A DNA stretch of 64,000 bases. Source: a virus. A program made the position numbers and the translations under genes. Positions 9,340 to 19,180 of the stretch are shown one piece after another. The number at the start of each line of letters is the position of its first letter. The first letter of the stretch is position 1. The stretch is taken from positions 19,291-83,290 of IMG/VR virus record IMGVR_UViG_3300025137_000023, one strand, 5' to 3'. The notes under the pieces were generated by a model. It was not told the origin of the DNA and searched no databases. It saw only the letters and a list, made by a program, of their open reading frames with translations.

Positions 9340-11670
9340 TTATGCTTCTTTTGGTTTGAATTGATCTAAGACAATTAGTCCGTCTTGATCCACGCCAGGT
9401 GCCTGTGCAATCTTATCAATTATAATATTATCTGTTTTATATTCAAATTCAAATTTGTCTTTAACATACTTTAGTATAATTTTTGTTCCTGCTATAGGCT
9501 TGTCTATAATAATTGATTTAGCCAACGGAATTTTAATGTCGTTTTCAATTACACGTCTTAAAGGTCTTGCACCCATTAACGGATCGTAACCACGTTTAGA
9601 AAGTTCTTCTACTGCACTCTCTGAAACTGTTAGATGTAAACCTTTTTCAATCATTAATTCATTTATGTCATCAATAAACTTAATAACAATCTTTCTCATA
9701 ATACCACTGTCTAACTTGTTAAACTTAATAGTACCATCTAATCTATTTCTAAATTCAGGAGCAAAAAACTTTTTAACTTCTTCTGTACTAGCATTGTCAT
9801 TTTCTGTAGCACCAAATCCAATACCCATTTTCTCTGACTCTTTAGCACCTAAGTTACTTGTCATTAATACAATACAGTTTCTAGCATCTGCTTTTTTACC
9901 ATTTGTACTTGTTACAAATCCTTCATCCATTAAACTTAACAATACATTTGTTACGTCTGGGTGTGCTTTTTCAATCTCATCAAATAAAATAATTGCATTA
10001 GGATCTTTTTCAACTTGACTCACAAGTAATCCACCACCTAAGTTTCCATCTTCATAACCAACATATCCTGGAGGTGCACCAATAAGTCTTGCGACTGTGT
10101 GTTTCTCTTGATACTCTCCCATATCAAACCTTAGTAGTTTCATATGTAAATGTTCACTTAACAGTTTAGCCATTTCTGTTTTACCAGTACCAGTAGGTCC
10201 TACCATTAAGTAACTACCGATTGGCTTGTTATGTGCTTTAAGTCCTGCTCTTGTTATTGTAATTCTGTCCATAACTGTATCAACTGCTTTATCTTGCCCA
10301 AACAAGTTCGCTTTAATATCTGTATGAATCTTATCTAAATTTTCTTCTACTTTAACACCACTACTAGCACTACCTAATTGATCAACAGGAATCTTAACTG
10401 CTTTACTTAATTCTTCTAGTATGTTTGGCTTGTTAATTGTAAAATTACTTCTGTTTAATAGTCTTTGTTTAGCACAAGCACTATCAATTAAGTCAATTGC
10501 TTTATCAGGCAATCTCTTGTCTGTCTGATATCTTACACTTAAATCGACACTTGCCTCAATGGCTTCTTGTGTAATTTTAGCAGTATGATATGTTTCAAAC
10601 TCTTTTTTAAGTCCTTTTAATATATCTTTCGCAACTGCTGGAGTTGGCTCATCGATAGTAAGTCTATAGAACCTTCTCATTAATGCTCTATCTTTTTCAA
10701 AACTTGTATTGTATTCTTCCCACGTTGTACTTGCAATAACTCTTAATCCTTTTGTAATGTAAGGTTTAATCATCTGTGCAAAGTCAGGGCCACTACCACT
10801 AGTAGATCCTGCACCTCTCATTGTGTGTGCTTCGTCTATAAAAACAATACTACCTTTTTTAGATTGTAAACTATCAAAGACATCTTTAATTTTTTCTTCA
10901 AACTCGCCTCTGTACTTACTACCTGCAACTAGTCCACCTATATCTAAACTATAGATTGTTGCTTCTTTTAAGTACTCAGGTACTTCACCGTTTATAATTT
11001 TATTTGCTAGTCCTTCTGCAATAGCAGTTTTACCAACACCAGGATCACCAACTAACAACACGTTAGACTTGTTACGTTTACCTAGTATTTGACATAACTC
11101 TGCAAGTTCTTTACTTCTACCAATAACAGGATCAACTTTACCAGAGGTTGCTTGTACGTTTAAATTTGTACAGTACTCACTTAATGTACGTTCAACTTCT
11201 TGTGGACTAAACGTTGCTTCTGGGTTTTCGTGTACATATGTTTCGTTAAAGAATTCTGTTAACTGTTGTTTTCCTATTCCAAATTTCTTAAACAAATATA
11301 AAGAATAACTTTTTTCTTCTGCACAAATACTTAAAAATACATCAATAGTTTGCATATGTTCTCTACCACCAAATAGTACTTGTGTGTATGCTCTATTAAA
11401 TACTCTTTCTAAACCTTGTGTTCTTAAAAGTTTTACTTCACCTTCTGCATCAACTTTTTTACCAAACTTGTTGTCTGTAAGGTACTTGTTAAAAGCATCA
11501 TTCAGACCTTCAAAGTCTGCACCATACTCTTCAAGCATAATTTTAAAATTCTTATAGTTGATTAATGCTAGTGATAGATGCTCAGTTGTAACGTATGAAT
11601 GTCCATACTTAACTGCAAACTCACTTGCTTTTTCTACAATTAGTTCTATCTCTGGATTAGGTCTTAACAT
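9340..11670 (-). CDS. clpA: ATP-dependent Clp protease ATP-binding subunit (ClpA type)
   Basis: Clp N-domain; two AAA modules (GDPGVGKT, GPTGTGKT); IGF ClpP-docking loop; no ClpB middle domain. Confidence 0.9.
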   Translation of the reverse strand: MLRPNPEIELIVEKASEFAVKYGHSYVTTEHLSLALINYKNFKIMLEEYGADFEGLNDAFNKYLTDNKFGKKVDAEGEVKLLRTQGLERVFNRAYTQVLFGGREHMQTIDVFLSICAEEKSYSLYLFKKFGIGKQQLTEFFNETYVHENPEATFSPQEVERTLSEYCTNLNVQATSGKVDPVIGRSKELAELCQILGKRNKSNVLLVGDPGVGKTAIAEGLANKIINGEVPEYLKEATIYSLDIGGLVAGSKYRGEFEEKIKDVFDSLQSKKGSIVFIDEAHTMRGAGSTSGSGPDFAQMIKPYITKGLRVIASTTWEEYNTSFEKDRALMRRFYRLTIDEPTPAVAKDILKGLKKEFETYHTAKITQEAIEASVDLSVRYQTDKRLPDKAIDLIDSACAKQRLLNRSNFTINKPNILEELSKAVKIPVDQLGSASSGVKVEENLDKIHTDIKANLFGQDKAVDTVMDRITITRAGLKAHNKPIGSYLMVGPTGTGKTEMAKLLSEHLHMKLLRFDMGEYQEKHTVARLIGAPPGYVGYEDGNLGGGLLVSQVEKDPNAIILFDEIEKAHPDVTNVLLSLMDEGFVTSTNGKKADARNCIVLMTSNLGAKESEKMGIGFGATENDNASTEEVKKFFAPEFRNRLDGTIKFNKLDSGIMRKIVIKFIDDINELMIEKGLHLTVSESAVEELSKRGYDPLMGARPLRRVIENDIKIPLAKSIIIDKPIAGTKIILKYVKDKFEFEYKTDNIIIDKIAQAPGVDQDGLIVLDQFKPKEA

Positions 11671-12130
11671 AAATTAACTCTTTCGGTATGTTAGTGTTAT
11701 CAGTTCTTTGATGAAACGTTATTCCGTTTAAATGATCGTATTCATGTAAACAGACTCTTGCTTGTAAACCATTCAACATTTTTTTACTTTTATTTCCTTT
11801 ATGATCTTGCCATTCGAATTTAATTTCTTCAGGTCTACTTACAATAATATTTTCACCTTCAAAACTTAAACACCCTTCGTCAAAATCTACCATTTTATCA
11901 CTCCATTCCAAAAGTTTTGGATTGAAGAAACTATTATATTTTCCTTCTACGAAAGTAACAAATAAACTAGTATCAATACCACATTGATTCGCGGCTAGAC
12001 CAATACCATGGCTTTCTCTCATAAAGCCAAACATTATAACAGATAAACGTTCGTTTTCTATTTTCTGTTCCATAGTATCAAAAACCACAGGTTGTGTAGT
12101 GATGTTTAATAGATCATTAGTTAGTTTCAT
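11657..12130 (-). CDS. def: Peptide deformylase
   Basis: GIGLAANQ, EGCLS and HEYDHL motifs. Confidence 0.92.
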   Translation of the reverse strand: MKLTNDLLNITTQPVVFDTMEQKIENERLSVIMFGFMRESHGIGLAANQCGIDTSLFVTFVEGKYNSFFNPKLLEWSDKMVDFDEGCLSFEGENIIVSRPEEIKFEWQDHKGNKSKKMLNGLQARVCLHEYDHLNGITFHQRTDNTNIPKELIYVKT

Positions 12131-12942
12131 AATTTCCCATTCATTATACTTAATATAACTTGTTTTTGCGAATCTGTCAAGTCTTTTGGTACATTTACCC
12201 GTAATATAACATAATGGTGACCATTCTGTATACCTTGATTGGCTAGTTTTATGCGGGTTTCTGGCTGACTCCCTGGTTTTATTGAATATTTGACCTTTCG
12301 ACCATTAACAGTTTCTAATTCTTTCTCGGTTCCTATTATTGCTTCCCAAACAGTAATTTCTTGCATACTAAAGATATCATTTCCGCTACGTTCAAATCTA
12401 GGATGCTCAGTTTGGTTTACTACAATAAACAAATCTCCTTTTTCTACAGGACCAGGATTGCCTTTTCCTTTGTATCTAACTCTTTGCCCGTTTGGCATTC
12501 CAGGTGGTACAGTAATATTTAATACTTCATTTTTACCAGCAATAGTAACACTTATTGTTTTACTAACTCCACTAGCAATTTCTTCTAAAGACATTGGCAT
12601 TTGTAACTGAATGTCTGATCCTTTTTGTCTGGCTCTGTGCATACCACCAGGTCTTCCAAACATACTAGCAAATAAATCTGCTACACCTTCGGGGACTTCT
12701 CCGTCAAATGAAAATGCATTACTGCCTGGGCCTCCGAATTGAAATTGACTTTGTGGATTATCGTATTGTTTACGTTTTTGTGGATCTTTGAGTGTACTAT
12801 ATGCTTCGTTAATTTCTTTAAACTTTTCTTCGTCTCCACCTTTGTCAGGATGATGCTTCAACCCTAACTTTTTAAATGCAGTTTTTATTTCTGCTTCAGT
12901 GGCGTTTTTATTAACACCTAATATACTATAGTAATCTTTCAT
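12127..12942 (-). CDS. dnaJ: DnaJ-class co-chaperone (CbpA-like, no zinc finger)
   Basis: J domain with HPD, G/F linker and C-terminal domain. Confidence 0.88.
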   Translation of the reverse strand: MKDYYSILGVNKNATEAEIKTAFKKLGLKHHPDKGGDEEKFKEINEAYSTLKDPQKRKQYDNPQSQFQFGGPGSNAFSFDGEVPEGVADLFASMFGRPGGMHRARQKGSDIQLQMPMSLEEIASGVSKTISVTIAGKNEVLNITVPPGMPNGQRVRYKGKGNPGPVEKGDLFIVVNQTEHPRFERSGNDIFSMQEITVWEAIIGTEKELETVNGRKVKYSIKPGSQPETRIKLANQGIQNGHHYVILRVNVPKDLTDSQKQVILSIMNGKL

Positions 12943-12948
12943 GACTAT

Positions 12949-12977
12949 ATTATACTACATCTTGTGTTAAGATGCAA
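12949..12977 (-). promoter_or_regulatory. sigma70 promoter of dnaJ-def-clpA (probably leaderless)
   Basis: TTGCAT-17 bp-TATAAT followed by 6 nt and the ATG. Confidence 0.65.
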
Positions 12978-12985
12978 GTGTTTAT

Positions 12986-13282
12986 TTAACTTTTGTTTTT
13001 GGAAGTTCCAGTGTATAAACCAAACCAAGCCGCGCCTGCACCAACTACGATACTTACTAAACCTGATTGTTCCATTGATGGACTTGGCAATGCCATATAC
13101 CATAATACAACTTTGTATAATAATACAATGTATACTGTTAAGAATAATCTTGGGAATATTCTCCAACTGTCTACTGCTTTTGCTAAATGAATTAACCATT
13201 GAAACGGGTTCTTGCTACTATCTACTTGGTTTGTGTCAACCTCAAGCTCGATGTTGATTTTCTTCTTTTGTACTTCTGACAT
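12986..13282 (-). CDS. Small membrane protein (holin candidate)
   Basis: Two TM segments; WRIFPR motif; late TAAATA upstream. Confidence 0.55.
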   Translation of the reverse strand: MSEVQKKKINIELEVDTNQVDSSKNPFQWLIHLAKAVDSWRIFPRLFLTVYIVLLYKVVLWYMALPSPSMEQSGLVSIVVGAGAAWFGLYTGTSKNKS

Positions 13283-13330
13283 AGATACGATCTCCTAGTG
13301 TATTCTTAACTACACTGATATTTATCGTAT

Positions 13331-14041
13331 CTAGGTGTTTTTAGGGGGTCTTTCACTATACCAGCCAACTAAACTAAATCTAGGTTCTGGTGCTACAAAA
13401 CTAACAGGACTAACGAAATGCTTGTTAAACGACGGCTTTGACACGTCTAAGAGCACTAATCTGTTGCCTATTGGGAGTATAGTTGTATGTACTTTACCCT
13501 GTTCATCTTGTAAACATAACTGCCCGCCGTACTCTGCTTTCCACTCTTTTGTAAGGTAAAACAAATAAGCAACTTTTCTAGTAGGATCATAATGTGATGT
13601 AATCCAGTTATCGTACTTATAAAAACTAAATGTAGGGTAAGCGGTATATAGGTTATCAAACCCGGTAATGCTTTCTACCCATTCCTTAAACACTTTGCCC
13701 AAGTTAATTTCTTGTGCAAACTCTTCTGTATGTTTATTTGTGTATTTGCTATCTCTTCTAACTTTTGCAATTCTATGAAAAAATGAAAAATCATCATTGA
13801 ACATAGAGTGCTGAACTTTTTGTTTTAATAGTTCACCTAAAGCAGGTTTAGTATATGGTACTTCCTCATACCAATCACCAACTCCGCCTCTGAAATCATA
13901 ATTTAATGTAGGGACAGTTTCGTATAATTGATTAATATATTCTTGTGTTAATATATTATCAAGTGTTAGATAGCCCTTGTCAGCGAAATGATCCTTGTAC
14001 GCCTGTTGTACATCTGGATCGAAAACTCCCAGATTGAACAT
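13331..14041 (-). CDS. 2OG-Fe(II) oxygenase (prolyl hydroxylase-like)
   Basis: HYD, YLFYL...W...GGQL, HFVSPV and RFSLVGW motifs. Confidence 0.8.
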   Translation of the reverse strand: MFNLGVFDPDVQQAYKDHFADKGYLTLDNILTQEYINQLYETVPTLNYDFRGGVGDWYEEVPYTKPALGELLKQKVQHSMFNDDFSFFHRIAKVRRDSKYTNKHTEEFAQEINLGKVFKEWVESITGFDNLYTAYPTFSFYKYDNWITSHYDPTRKVAYLFYLTKEWKAEYGGQLCLQDEQGKVHTTILPIGNRLVLLDVSKPSFNKHFVSPVSFVAPEPRFSLVGWYSERPPKNT

Positions 14042-14299
14042 TTACTTTTTCTTTTCTAACTTTTCTAATCTTGCTTCTATTTTATCTAATCTAGATGGCT
14101 GTTGTTGAAACCAAGTCCAACCCCAACGATTTACTAAAAAATCTATAGTAGCATCAAACTTACTGTATAACCAAAGTCCAATTCTTGTACTTTTAAAATA
14201 AGTTGAAAATGCTAATCCAAATAATGAACCAACTAAAGCAGTCCATATCCATAAACGATTGCTCGCCATCTCAGATATCATGTTTGAAATATATTCCAT
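14042..14299 (-). CDS. Small membrane protein
   Basis: N-terminal TM helix; basic coiled C-terminus. Confidence 0.55.
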   Translation of the reverse strand: MEYISNMISEMASNRLWIWTALVGSLFGLAFSTYFKSTRIGLWLYSKFDATIDFLVNRWGWTWFQQQPSRLDKIEARLEKLEKKK

Positions 14300-14324
14300 A
14301 TTAATCCTTTATTAGTATTATTTA

Positions 14325-14552
14325 TTAAAACGGACAGGACAATAATGCTTTAGGCTGTATACGAATAGTATGATCGCCTATTACTTCAACATCATTAGAT
14401 TGCTTGTCTGATTGTTCTACGCCGTCTTTGTTTACTTCAACTTTTTTCTCTTGTACTGTAACATCGGCGCTTGGATCTATTTTACAGTTTTTGTATTGTA
14501 GACTGCATCCACTCATAAGAACTACGAGTGTAGACAATAACACAAGTCTCAT
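14325..14552 (-). CDS. Lipoprotein
   Basis: Signal peptide with lipobox MSGC. Confidence 0.6.
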   Translation of the reverse strand: MRLVLLSTLVVLMSGCSLQYKNCKIDPSADVTVQEKKVEVNKDGVEQSDKQSNDVEVIGDHTIRIQPKALLSCPF

Positions 14553-14737
14553 TACTTTCTTACTGAATCTATAAAGTTGTAAACTCTGCCAAATTGTTTA
14601 TCAATACTAATTAAATCTTGTTGAATCATATTGACTAAAATTTGAAGTTCCATTAACGTAATTAACGTCCAAGAAGCCAACCCTAATAGGATCGTACCTA
14701 ATAAGCCTATCAGCATTGTATTAGTTTTTCTTGTCAT
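14552..14737 (-). CDS. Small membrane protein
   Basis: One TM helix; translationally coupled to the lysis genes. Confidence 0.55.
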   Translation of the reverse strand: MTRKTNTMLIGLLGTILLGLASWTLITLMELQILVNMIQQDLISIDKQFGRVYNFIDSVRK

Positions 14738-15123
14738 TATTTGTCTTTTGGAGAATCTTTAGGTTCGTAGTATTCTTTATACTCGTTGATTATATTATCT
14801 TGTTGAATTAAATATGCTCTAATTTGAGCAAAGTTAATAGATAATGCTTCATAGCCTTCATCAGTTAAACCAAATATAACTGCATCAGTATTTTGTTCTT
14901 TTAATTTAGCAAATACTTCTTCAGCATTTTCACTGTTAATGATAATCCATTTGATATCAGATAAGTTTGCCGGAACCGGTTTCTCTAAATTAAGAGGTAG
15001 TCTCGGTTCTTCTTTAGTAAAAATTTCTAACTGTTTGACTGCCGTGCTACAACTAGTAAGGAACGTAACTAGGATTAGCAAGACTAGGACATTCAGGATT
15101 GATTTCTGACTTCTTAGTAGCAT
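14737..15123 (-). CDS. Outer-membrane spanin (Rz1-like lipoprotein)
   Basis: Lipobox LTSC; Pro-rich; overlaps the 3' end of the i-spanin. Confidence 0.65.
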   Translation of the reverse strand: MLLRSQKSILNVLVLLILVTFLTSCSTAVKQLEIFTKEEPRLPLNLEKPVPANLSDIKWIIINSENAEEVFAKLKEQNTDAVIFGLTDEGYEALSINFAQIRAYLIQQDNIINEYKEYYEPKDSPKDK

Positions 15124-15538
15124 TTTTCTCTTTCTCGGTTAAAGGACTGCCCATTGCAATATCAAAACATCTTTTTGCGTTTGCACTTCCTTTATTGATT
15201 ATTTTCTCTATTACTTTTGATTTCTTAATGGCAAGGTCACCCAAATCTCTCTGGTCTCCTTTGCCATTAACTTTATTAAATTTGTTGTCTAATACTTTTA
15301 TTTCTTTGTTTAGTGTATCGACTAAAACATTAAGTCTTTTATTAGTTTCGTTAATTGCCACAAAGTCTGCTTTCATTTGAGCAAGTGCCTGTTTTTGATC
15401 TTCAACACCTTGTTCTAATAACATATTGTTGGCTTCACTTGTTGCCAAATCGGCTTTAAGATTCTTAACGTAAATAAACCCGCCACCTGCTCCTGCAAGT
15501 ACGAGTAACAATAATCCTATTTTTAGTCCACTAAACAT
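15053..15538 (-). CDS. Inner-membrane spanin (Rz-like)
   Basis: N-terminal TM plus long coiled coil; directly follows the endolysin. Confidence 0.65.
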   Translation of the reverse strand: MFSGLKIGLLLLVLAGAGGGFIYVKNLKADLATSEANNMLLEQGVEDQKQALAQMKADFVAINETNKRLNVLVDTLNKEIKVLDNKFNKVNGKGDQRDLGDLAIKKSKVIEKIINKGSANAKRCFDIAMGSPLTEKEKNATKKSEINPECPSLANPSYVPY

Positions 15539-15544
15539 AAAGTA

Positions 15545-16057
15545 TTAACCTACTAATTTTTTTGCTAGTTCTGTGGTTTCATTAACACGTCTTGTCCAGC
15601 CTCTGCCAAATGTAGCAAAGTGACTTAATTTTTCATAATAGGCTTGTCTGTTACTTTGATAAGTTTCAATAGTATCTACAAGTCCATTATCGTCCACATA
15701 TTCTTTTAATTTTGCTAAAGTGTTAGGACCAATTCCGCCGTCTGCTACTGTACCAATCATTGTTTGTAAGTATTTTGCGGCTCTACCGGGACCTGCGTTT
15801 ACACCAAAGTCGAATACACATAAGTCTAATCCACCTGGTAGTTCATCGCCTTTCATTTTATCCCAATATCCTTTTTTGTAAATTGGTGCGACGTCTTCGA
15901 CTAACAAGTCTTTCATATCTTTTGTGCCGCCGTGTTCTAAGTACACTTTTTTTGTAACTCCTAGGTTAGTTTCCCCACCTGGATCGTTAGGGTGATTTAC
16001 ATAACCACCTTCGTGATGTAGAATTGCTTCTAAACATTTATCATAATTTGATTGCAT
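15545..16057 (-). CDS. Endolysin, glycoside hydrolase family 108 with peptidoglycan-binding domain
   Basis: EGGYVNHPNDPGGETNLG, DFGVNAG, DGGIGPNT and FGRGWTRR motifs. Confidence 0.9.
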   Translation of the reverse strand: MQSNYDKCLEAILHHEGGYVNHPNDPGGETNLGVTKKVYLEHGGTKDMKDLLVEDVAPIYKKGYWDKMKGDELPGGLDLCVFDFGVNAGPGRAAKYLQTMIGTVADGGIGPNTLAKLKEYVDDNGLVDTIETYQSNRQAYYEKLSHFATFGRGWTRRVNETTELAKKLVG

Positions 16058-16070
16058 TGTCTTTGCCTTT

Positions 16071-16652
16071 TTAAGTTTTTATATTGGCAAGAGACTGTAT
16101 GAATGATGTGTCTTTATCTTTAGGCGCTTTTCGATATCTTTTATTAGGATCTAAGCCAGCCTGCATCATCATATCATCAAGCTCTTGTTCCTGCATTAGT
16201 CTATTTCTGTATGCTTTAGGACTAGTTGGAATAACTTTTAAATTTTCTTCTGTTACAGGTAAAGGGTATTCGTTCTTATAATATGCAAATTGCCAATCCT
16301 GCTCTTTAGTAAGATGATTTAAGTCGCCTAATAATTCAACAATTTTATTCGGTGAATTAGTTCTACGATTAAATTCAACAAATACTGTAACTTTGCCTCT
16401 ATCATCTGTTGCTGGACTTTGATTGGCATCTAGTACCCATTCATATCCAGATTCAATAAATTCAACTAGATCTTTTGCCGCTTCTTTGTGCATGGCTTTA
16501 AAACCTAAAACAACAACTTGATCATCTTCGCCCATTTTACTTTTGAATCTATCAATAGTTACTGTGGGATCGATTAGATCAAATAAGTCTCCATTACGAA
16601 GACCTTCAAATAATTTATTCTTGGGATTCTGTGTTGTCATTTTCTGTACCAT
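16071..16652 (-). CDS. Conserved large-phage hypothetical protein
   Basis: 193 aa ORF, coupled to the upstream gene. Confidence 0.65.
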   Translation of the reverse strand: MVQKMTTQNPKNKLFEGLRNGDLFDLIDPTVTIDRFKSKMGEDDQVVVLGFKAMHKEAAKDLVEFIESGYEWVLDANQSPATDDRGKVTVFVEFNRRTNSPNKIVELLGDLNHLTKEQDWQFAYYKNEYPLPVTEENLKVIPTSPKAYRNRLMQEQELDDMMMQAGLDPNKRYRKAPKDKDTSFIQSLANIKT

Positions 16653-17130
16653 CTAAATCTAGGTCTTGTTGATAAGCACTGTTAATATCATCTAAGTCTA
16701 CTTTTTCACCTTCAATTTCCATTGTGCCACGATATATATCTGACATAATAGTTTTAGGCATTCTGATTTCAACTAACCAAATAGGATCTGTTTTTAATTT
16801 AGGATATCTTCCACCTGGAGCATAATCGTCTGGTGCTTTAACAGTTACAGGACTTTCTAATACATCTTTTTTATAGTTAACTTTGATGTTATAGTCAAGT
16901 AATCTTTTTGCACCTATAGGCTCTGGCATCATTTTATGAGGCCACATAAAACTACACGTTACCCAATGTTTATCAACTTTAGGTCCCGCTACTAGTTCGC
17001 CTTTAATCCAGTTTTCGTAAACATATAAATGAACACTGTCTAAAACACGTTCAAAGTCTACTAGTGTAGCCATAAAACTTTCGGCTTGGTATAGTTTATT
17101 AACGTTTTCCGCTATATCTTTTGAATTCAT
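16615..17130 (-). CDS. Conserved large-phage hypothetical protein
   Basis: 171 aa ORF; late TAAATA at 17162-17167. Confidence 0.65.
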   Translation of the reverse strand: MNSKDIAENVNKLYQAESFMATLVDFERVLDSVHLYVYENWIKGELVAGPKVDKHWVTCSFMWPHKMMPEPIGAKRLLDYNIKVNYKKDVLESPVTVKAPDDYAPGGRYPKLKTDPIWLVEIRMPKTIMSDIYRGTMEIEGEKVDLDDINSAYQQDLDLDGTENDNTESQE

Positions 17131-17278
17131 GATTTACTTACCGTCTTTTCGTTACTCAAAGTATTTATCCTTTTTAAAGGTTCTAACTTATTATCGCTTA
17201 TTTCTCGTCTAGAAGAGTTAAATATTTTTAAGTATATGACAACTCATATACCCCAACATTAAACGCAGGAGGTTCAAA

Positions 17279-18007
17279 TTGGGCAAACGTAGACACAGAA
17301 AAGAAGAATATATGTATATCTCACAAGATAATCACTATAATAACACTGCACGACATAAAAAACAAGTCAATATAATTCCTAGAAGTAGAACGCAGGAATC
17401 CTATGTAGATGCATTACTCACGTCAAATAAGAGTATTGTATTTGCTTCAGGACCAGCAGGAACGGGTAAAACCCTTATTGCTATGCTTTCGGCTATTAAA
17501 CATTTTAAACAAGGAGAAGTTGATAAAATTATTATGACCAGACCAGCAGTTGGTGTAGATGATGAGAAACATGGATTCTTACCAGGTGATCTCAACCAAA
17601 AAATGGAACCATGGACTCGTCCATTGTTCGATGTTTTACACGAATATTACTCTCCTAAAGAAACAGCCAAAATGCTAGACGAACAAATCATCGAAATATC
17701 ACCCCTAGCATTTATGAGAGGTCGCACATTTAAAAATGCATATATCGTCGCAGACGAAATGCAAAATGCAACGCCAAATCAGATGAAGATGCTATTGACC
17801 AGAATCGGCGAAGGAAGTAAAATTGTTGTAACCGGAGATGTTAAACAGACTGATCGAAGTAATAAAGACAACGGCTTATTAGATTTCATGAAACTTGTAC
17901 AAACAAAAGATTCAAAATATATTGAATGTGTACAATTTTCACATAATGATATTGAACGTCATCCAGCAGTAACGGAGGTATTAGCAATTTATGGTGATAA
18001 TGATTAA
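17279..18007 (+). CDS. phoH: PhoH-family ATPase
   Basis: GPAGTGKT, RPAV, GFLPG, FMRGRTF, DEMQN and TGD motifs; AGGAGG RBS before a TTG start. Confidence 0.92.
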   Translation: MGKRRHRKEEYMYISQDNHYNNTARHKKQVNIIPRSRTQESYVDALLTSNKSIVFASGPAGTGKTLIAMLSAIKHFKQGEVDKIIMTRPAVGVDDEKHGFLPGDLNQKMEPWTRPLFDVLHEYYSPKETAKMLDEQIIEISPLAFMRGRTFKNAYIVADEMQNATPNQMKMLLTRIGEGSKIVVTGDVKQTDRSNKDNGLLDFMKLVQTKDSKYIECVQFSHNDIERHPAVTEVLAIYGDND

Positions 18008-18021
18008 GTAAATTTTATAAT

Positions 18022-18088
18022 GTAGTGTTCCGGACACTACTGCTATGAATACTGTATCGGTGATTATGGGTGAGCCGAAACCCACCCA
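18022..18088. terminator. Two hairpins between convergent genes
   Basis: GTAGTGT-TCCGG-ACACTAC and TGGGTG...CACCCA. Confidence 0.5.
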
Positions 18089-18094
18089 CTATCT

Positions 18095-19057
18095 TTAAAA
18101 TCCGTTTGGTATTAATACATAGTGAATTGTAATAACAATACCTACTGATGCTAACAATCCTGTTATCATCTTAAGAAAGTCTTTGCCAACTAAAGGAAAT
18201 ACTACTTTTAGTTTTCCATTGCCTAGCATAGTTGCCATTGCAAGTTCACGTCCACATAATAGTCCAACAAATACCCATGTTGTTGACATTGGGATATCAT
18301 TGAGTTCTTTAAAGAACCAAAGCACTAACCAATAAAACAAATCAATTAACGTTGCACTTCTTACATATCTTGTATTGTGCTTTTCTAATACAATTTGTTG
18401 TATTTTTCCTCCACGTTCTCTAAACATAAAGAACAAGCCTATAACAAACACAAGGCTTATCATAACCATTAATTCAAAGTTTACTTGTCTTGGCAGGAAT
18501 ACGGCAATGTTTGCCATGTCATGACTTAACCAAGTCCACCATAAAAAACCAGTAGTTACCCATTGACCAACTCGCCAATATACTTTGTGTTTTTCTTTTA
18601 CAGGGTCGTGCTTTTCATCTATAAATTTAGTTATAACAATCCATATGGCATAAGCCGCCACTGCCGCGACTGCATAACCCATAATAGATTTCATTAACAT
18701 TTTTTCTAATACAAATGTACTAGCAAATGCCGACAATACTAAAAATGATGTACTAACAGGAATACCTACCCTTGTTAGTATTAAAAGTAAAGCAGGTGCC
18801 ATTGCATGATACCATTTTACTTCTTGCCACGGTATCCTATTAAGACGTCCGTATGATATATCTCCTCCATTCACTGTCCAGCCATACCATAAGGCCCAAA
18901 GCAAAACCGCCGATGCGGCGATCCATAAAGTTTTCCAATTAAATTTTTCGTTGTTTGATGCAATCCATGTACCGAGAGTTTGTACTGAATCGTTTGCGAT
19001 AACTGAATAAGCGGCTAGTAAAAAACCTACACCCATCCAAAGTGTTAATGCGTCCAT
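18095..19057 (-). CDS. Multi-TM protein, PiT/PHO4 phosphate transporter-like
   Basis: About 9 TM helices; IANDS and SHDMAN resemble the two PiT GAND signatures; start MDALTL follows GGAGA. Confidence 0.55.
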   Translation of the reverse strand: MDALTLWMGVGFLLAAYSVIANDSVQTLGTWIASNNEKFNWKTLWIAASAVLLWALWYGWTVNGGDISYGRLNRIPWQEVKWYHAMAPALLLILTRVGIPVSTSFLVLSAFASTFVLEKMLMKSIMGYAVAAVAAYAIWIVITKFIDEKHDPVKEKHKVYWRVGQWVTTGFLWWTWLSHDMANIAVFLPRQVNFELMVMISLVFVIGLFFMFRERGGKIQQIVLEKHNTRYVRSATLIDLFYWLVLWFFKELNDIPMSTTWVFVGLLCGRELAMATMLGNGKLKVVFPLVGKDFLKMITGLLASVGIVITIHYVLIPNGF

Positions 19058-19180
19058 TTTATATCTCCATTCGACCAAGCTCGACGTTGCTTGAATTGAT
19101 TTATATATTATTTCATTGTAACACTATTTACTTGGTAATGTCAAAAGAAAGATTACAGTTTTGTTAAATGATTTGCAACC

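Noticed and set aside
9340-11670. ClpB assignment
   Set aside because: No coiled-coil middle domain and an IGF loop is present, so ClpA-type.
18022-18088. Twin hairpins as an ncRNA
   Set aside because: Their position between convergent genes is adequately explained by termination.
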